Assembly: GCA_963774265.1 (NCBI GenBank) | Contig: CAVZDU010000001.1 | Location: 672,001 to 736,000, forward strand | Length of the DNA: 64,000 nucleotides | Direction: 5' to 3' | DNA from: an uncultured Chloroflexia bacterium | Lineage (GTDB): Bacteria; Chloroflexota; Anaerolineae; CG2-30-64-16 | Shown here: in pieces, positions 61,040-64,000 of the stretch | Numbering within the stretch: position 1 is the stretch's first letter | Layout: every line of letters begins with the position of its first letter | The notes under the pieces: generated by a model | What the model was told of the DNA's origin: nothing | Seen by the model: the letters and a program-made list of their open reading frames with translations, nothing else | Databases searched by the model: none | Program-made: the position numbers and the translations under genes

Positions 61040-62209
61040 GTGACTACGACAGCAGAGGCGACGAAGCCCGCAGCCACCAAGGGCGGCGGGCTCGCCGGCA
61101 TGGTGGTGGCTGACAGCAGCATTGGTTTCGTGGACGGCACGAACGGCATCCTCGAGTATCGTGGTTACGATATCCGGGTGTTGGCCGAGCACAGTACATT
61201 CGATGAAGTCGCTTATCTGCTGTGGAACGGCCATCTGCCTACAGCCCAGGAATTGGATGAGATGAAGCGGCAAGAACGCGCCTGCCGGTTCATGCCGCCC
61301 GAGATATTCATGGCTCTACGCAACATGCCGCGTAATGCAGATCCCATGGCCGTCATGCGCACCGCGACTTCCATGCTCGCCCACTACGATCCGGAATCCG
61401 AGGACAACGCGGCCGTAGCGCATCAGCACAAGGCGTGTCGTCTGTTGGGTCAGATTTCAGGTGTGCTGGCGGCTTACGAGCGCATGCGTCGCGGTGAAGA
61501 CCCAGTCAAACCGCGTATGGATCTGGATCATGCCGCCAATTTTCTTTGGATGTTGACGGGAGAGGATCCCGATCCGCAGGCAGCGAAGGCGCTAGACCAG
61601 TATCTGTTACTTCTGGCCGAACACGAACTTAACGCGTCGACCTTCACAGCTCGTGTCATTGCTTCGACCGGGTCCGATCTGCATTCGGCCATCACCGGCG
61701 CGATGGGCGCCCTTAAGGGTCCCGCACACGGTGCAGCAGTGCAGGAGGCGATGGAGCAGTTCCTTGAAGTGGGCACGCTGGAGAATGTCGAACCATGGTT
61801 CGAGAGCTTGCAGGGCACCGGTCGTCGCGTCATGGGCATCGGGCATCGCGTCTATAAAGTGCGTGATCCCCGTGCCGAGCCGTTGATGAAGAACGTGCTT
61901 GCCATGGTTGAGGCAACAGGCGAGCGTCAGTGGTTTGATATCGCACACAAGCTGGAAGCGTTGGCAATGGAAGACGAATACTTTCGCTCCCGCAACCTCA
62001 GTGCCAACGTCGACTTTTACTCTGCGCCGCTGCTCTACTCCATCGGAATTCCGGTGGATGCATTCACCTGCATGTTTGCGATGAGTCGTATTGTGGGCTG
62101 GACTGCGCACGTCTACGAGCAACAGGCCAACAACCGCCTGATCCGCCCGCTCTCGAATTGGGTTGGCGAGCACCAGCTCCCGTGGATCCCTATCGGGCAG
62201 CGCGGCTAA
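61040..62209 (+). CDS. Citrate / 2-methylcitrate synthase
   Basis: LEYRGY, EHELNASTF, GPAHG, MGIGHRVYK..DPR, ANVDFYS; promoter TTGACG-18-TATATT at 60938-60967. Confidence 0.93.
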   Translation: MTTTAEATKPAATKGGGLAGMVVADSSIGFVDGTNGILEYRGYDIRVLAEHSTFDEVAYLLWNGHLPTAQELDEMKRQERACRFMPPEIFMALRNMPRNADPMAVMRTATSMLAHYDPESEDNAAVAHQHKACRLLGQISGVLAAYERMRRGEDPVKPRMDLDHAANFLWMLTGEDPDPQAAKALDQYLLLLAEHELNASTFTARVIASTGSDLHSAITGAMGALKGPAHGAAVQEAMEQFLEVGTLENVEPWFESLQGTGRRVMGIGHRVYKVRDPRAEPLMKNVLAMVEATGERQWFDIAHKLEALAMEDEYFRSRNLSANVDFYSAPLLYSIGIPVDAFTCMFAMSRIVGWTAHVYEQQANNRLIRPLSNWVGEHQLPWIPIGQRG

Positions 62210-62216
62210 AGCGCGT

Positions 62217-62250
62217 ACGTGCCGGGCACCACGGAAGCGCCCGGCACGTG
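62217..62250. terminator. Hairpin between convergent citrate synthase and CoA-transferase genes
   Basis: ACGTGCCGGGC...GCCCGGCACGT. Confidence 0.55.
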
Positions 62251-62265
62251 GTGCCTGACCGCTTG

Positions 62266-63561
62266 CTAGGTCCAGTGTTGCTGTTTAGCGAAGTGCAGTA
62301 GTTCATCTCGGAACTGCGGCGCAGCGATCTTCACGAGCGCATGGACGCGCTCGCGTACGCTCCGTGCAAACAAGTCCGCTACACCATATTCTGTCACGAT
62401 GTAGCGCACATGATTGCGCGTGGTCACCACACCCGCGCCCGGTTTCAGCATCGGCACGATCCGGCTGATTGTTCCATCCTTCGCAGTTGCGGGCAGCGCG
62501 ATGATGGGCATCCCACCCGGTGAGCGCAGCGCACCGTACATGAAGTCCATCTGACCTCCCACGCCGCTATAGAACAGTGTCCCGATCGAATCAGCGCATA
62601 CCTGTCCCGTTAGATCCACTTCCAACGCCGAGTTGATAGCGACTTGCTTGTTGTTCTGAGCGATCACGAAGGGATCATTTACATAATCCTGTGGATGGAA
62701 CTCGAACAATGGGTTGTTATCCATATAGTCGTATAGCCGCTGTGAGCCCAGGGCAAACCCGGCAACGCATTTCCCCTTGTGGATTGTCTTCGCTGCGTTG
62801 GTCAGCACGCCGGTCTCGATCAGCTCGATGACTCCGTCGGAGAAGAGCTCCGTGTGAACGCCCAGGTCCTTCTTATCCTTCAGGTATAACAGCACTGCGT
62901 CCGGGATTTCGCCGATGCCCATCTGCATGGTCGCGCCATTCGGGATCAAATCGGCGATGTTGGCCGCGATCTGTTTCTGCAGCTCACCCGGCGAGCCCAT
63001 CGGGACTTCGACAATGGGATAGCTGACCGGCACGATGTGCGTCAGCCGGCTGACGTGGATGAAGCTATCACCCAGCGCGCGCGGCATCTGGTCGTTTACT
63101 TCAGCGATCACGATGTCGGCTGACTCAGCAGCCGGCTTGGTCAGACCCACTTCGACGCCAAATGTGCAATAGCCATGCTCGTCCGGCGGAGAACAGTGGA
63201 TCATCGCGACCTTTGGTTTCAGCAGGCTGGGGTCGCGAAGCGCACGCGGGATCTGGCTCAGGAAGATCGGCGTGAAATCCGCTCGTCCGTCATTGACTGC
63301 CTTGCGCACGTTGTGGCTGATGAATAAGGAATTGACGCGTAGGTGCCCTTCCATCTCCGGCGCGACATACTCGGCGGGGCCGATCGTCAGCACCTGGACG
63401 ATCTCGACATCTTCCAGCTCGGTCGCGCGGCGGACGAGCGCACCTAACAATTCCTTGGGCACACTGCAATTGCCGGTCATAAAAATGCGATCGTGCGACT
63501 TGATCTCCTGGACCGCCATGTCGGCGGAACACAACTTGTTATGGTAGGAGGGCGCTCTCAT
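62266..63561 (-). CDS. Acetyl-CoA hydrolase/transferase (4-hydroxybutyrate CoA-transferase-like)
   Basis: QMGIGEIP, HTELFSDG, SGVGGQMDF, VTEYGVA. Confidence 0.9.
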   Translation of the reverse strand: MRAPSYHNKLCSADMAVQEIKSHDRIFMTGNCSVPKELLGALVRRATELEDVEIVQVLTIGPAEYVAPEMEGHLRVNSLFISHNVRKAVNDGRADFTPIFLSQIPRALRDPSLLKPKVAMIHCSPPDEHGYCTFGVEVGLTKPAAESADIVIAEVNDQMPRALGDSFIHVSRLTHIVPVSYPIVEVPMGSPGELQKQIAANIADLIPNGATMQMGIGEIPDAVLLYLKDKKDLGVHTELFSDGVIELIETGVLTNAAKTIHKGKCVAGFALGSQRLYDYMDNNPLFEFHPQDYVNDPFVIAQNNKQVAINSALEVDLTGQVCADSIGTLFYSGVGGQMDFMYGALRSPGGMPIIALPATAKDGTISRIVPMLKPGAGVVTTRNHVRYIVTEYGVADLFARSVRERVHALVKIAAPQFRDELLHFAKQQHWT

Positions 63562-64000
63562 CCAATACCTCCGAGCGACTCGCGCAAGGCCGGGTGCACG
63601 ATTTTGCCGTCATAGGTGTTCAGCCCGTGGCGCAGGGCCCGGTCGCTGGTAAGCGCCTGGTTCAAACCTTTATTGGCGATCTCTTGGATGTAGGGCCAGG
63701 CGGCGTTGTTGACCGCGTGGGTGGTGGTGCGAGCAATCACGCCGGTCATATTTGGCACACAGTAGTGGATAACCCCTTCCTCAATGTAGGTGGGATTCTG
63801 ATAGGTGGTGGGATGGCTTGTCTCCACGCAACCGCCCTGATCGATAGAGATGTCCATGATGACAGAGCGGGGCTTCATCGTGCGCACCATCTCGCGCGTC
63901 ACGACGTGGGGCGTCCGGGCGCCGGGGATGAGCACCGCGCCCACCAGGACATCCGCTCGCTTGACCGCGCGCGCCACGTTGAAGTCATAGGCCACGATGG
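63558..64000 (-). CDS. ald: Alanine dehydrogenase, C-terminal part (start outside the window)
   Basis: GAVLIPGA, DISIDQGGCVET, HYCVPNM. Confidence 0.9.
   Translation of the reverse strand, partial: IVAYDFNVARAVKRADVLVGAVLIPGARTPHVVTREMVRTMKPRSVIMDISIDQGGCVETSHPTTYQNPTYIEEGVIHYCVPNMTGVIARTTTHAVNNAAWPYIQEIANKGLNQALTSDRALRHGLNTYDGKIVHPALRESLGGIG

Noticed and set aside
1-64000. tRNA, rRNA or prophage genes
   Set aside because: No recognisable cloverleaf, rRNA signature or phage structural gene found by eye; tRNAscan/Infernal could not be run

Overview
High-GC bacterial chromosome segment, most likely Chloroflexota (Anaerolineae-like; inferred from gene content and a C-terminal FIPYV sorting-like motif). 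Many conserved genes (nuoCD, nuoI, the 2-oxoacid dehydrogenase genes, secA, aor) are broken by single-base indels, which points to an unpolished assembly rather than real pseudogenes. Contents in order: ATP-grasp protein, endonuclease III, aldehyde dehydrogenase; a stand-alone nuoB-nuoCD-nuoI cluster followed by redox/Fe-S genes; GH3 glycosidase; an intact 1.9-kb DDE insertion sequence (20-bp TIRs, CTAG duplication); a DUF433/PIN toxin-antitoxin pair; a 2-oxoacid dehydrogenase operon with lipA; HtrA with three PDZ domains; a pspC/lia-like envelope-stress operon; amino-sugar genes; obgE-nadD; two Hsp20 genes; wzz/cpsD-like, rfbB, prs, secA; aor with a radical-SAM maturase and a ModE-like regulator; a UxxC selenoprotein with a SECIS-like hairpin; citrate synthase, CoA-transferase and ald. 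The best candidate for an undescribed system is at 46.5-53.4 kb: a STAND-NTPase/OmpR-wHTH regulator, two paralogous PspA (ESCRT-III-like) genes, two membrane-anchored solute-binding-fold proteins (one with a VWA domain) and a 2TM coiled-coil protein. It has no transporter genes, and it shares an ECF-type promoter motif (TGCAAC-N16/17-CGT) with the pspC operon 17 kb away. Other leads are a structured, terminator-containing 5' leader of aor (riboswitch candidate) and the selenoprotein. All calls come from reading motifs by eye; no database searches were run.
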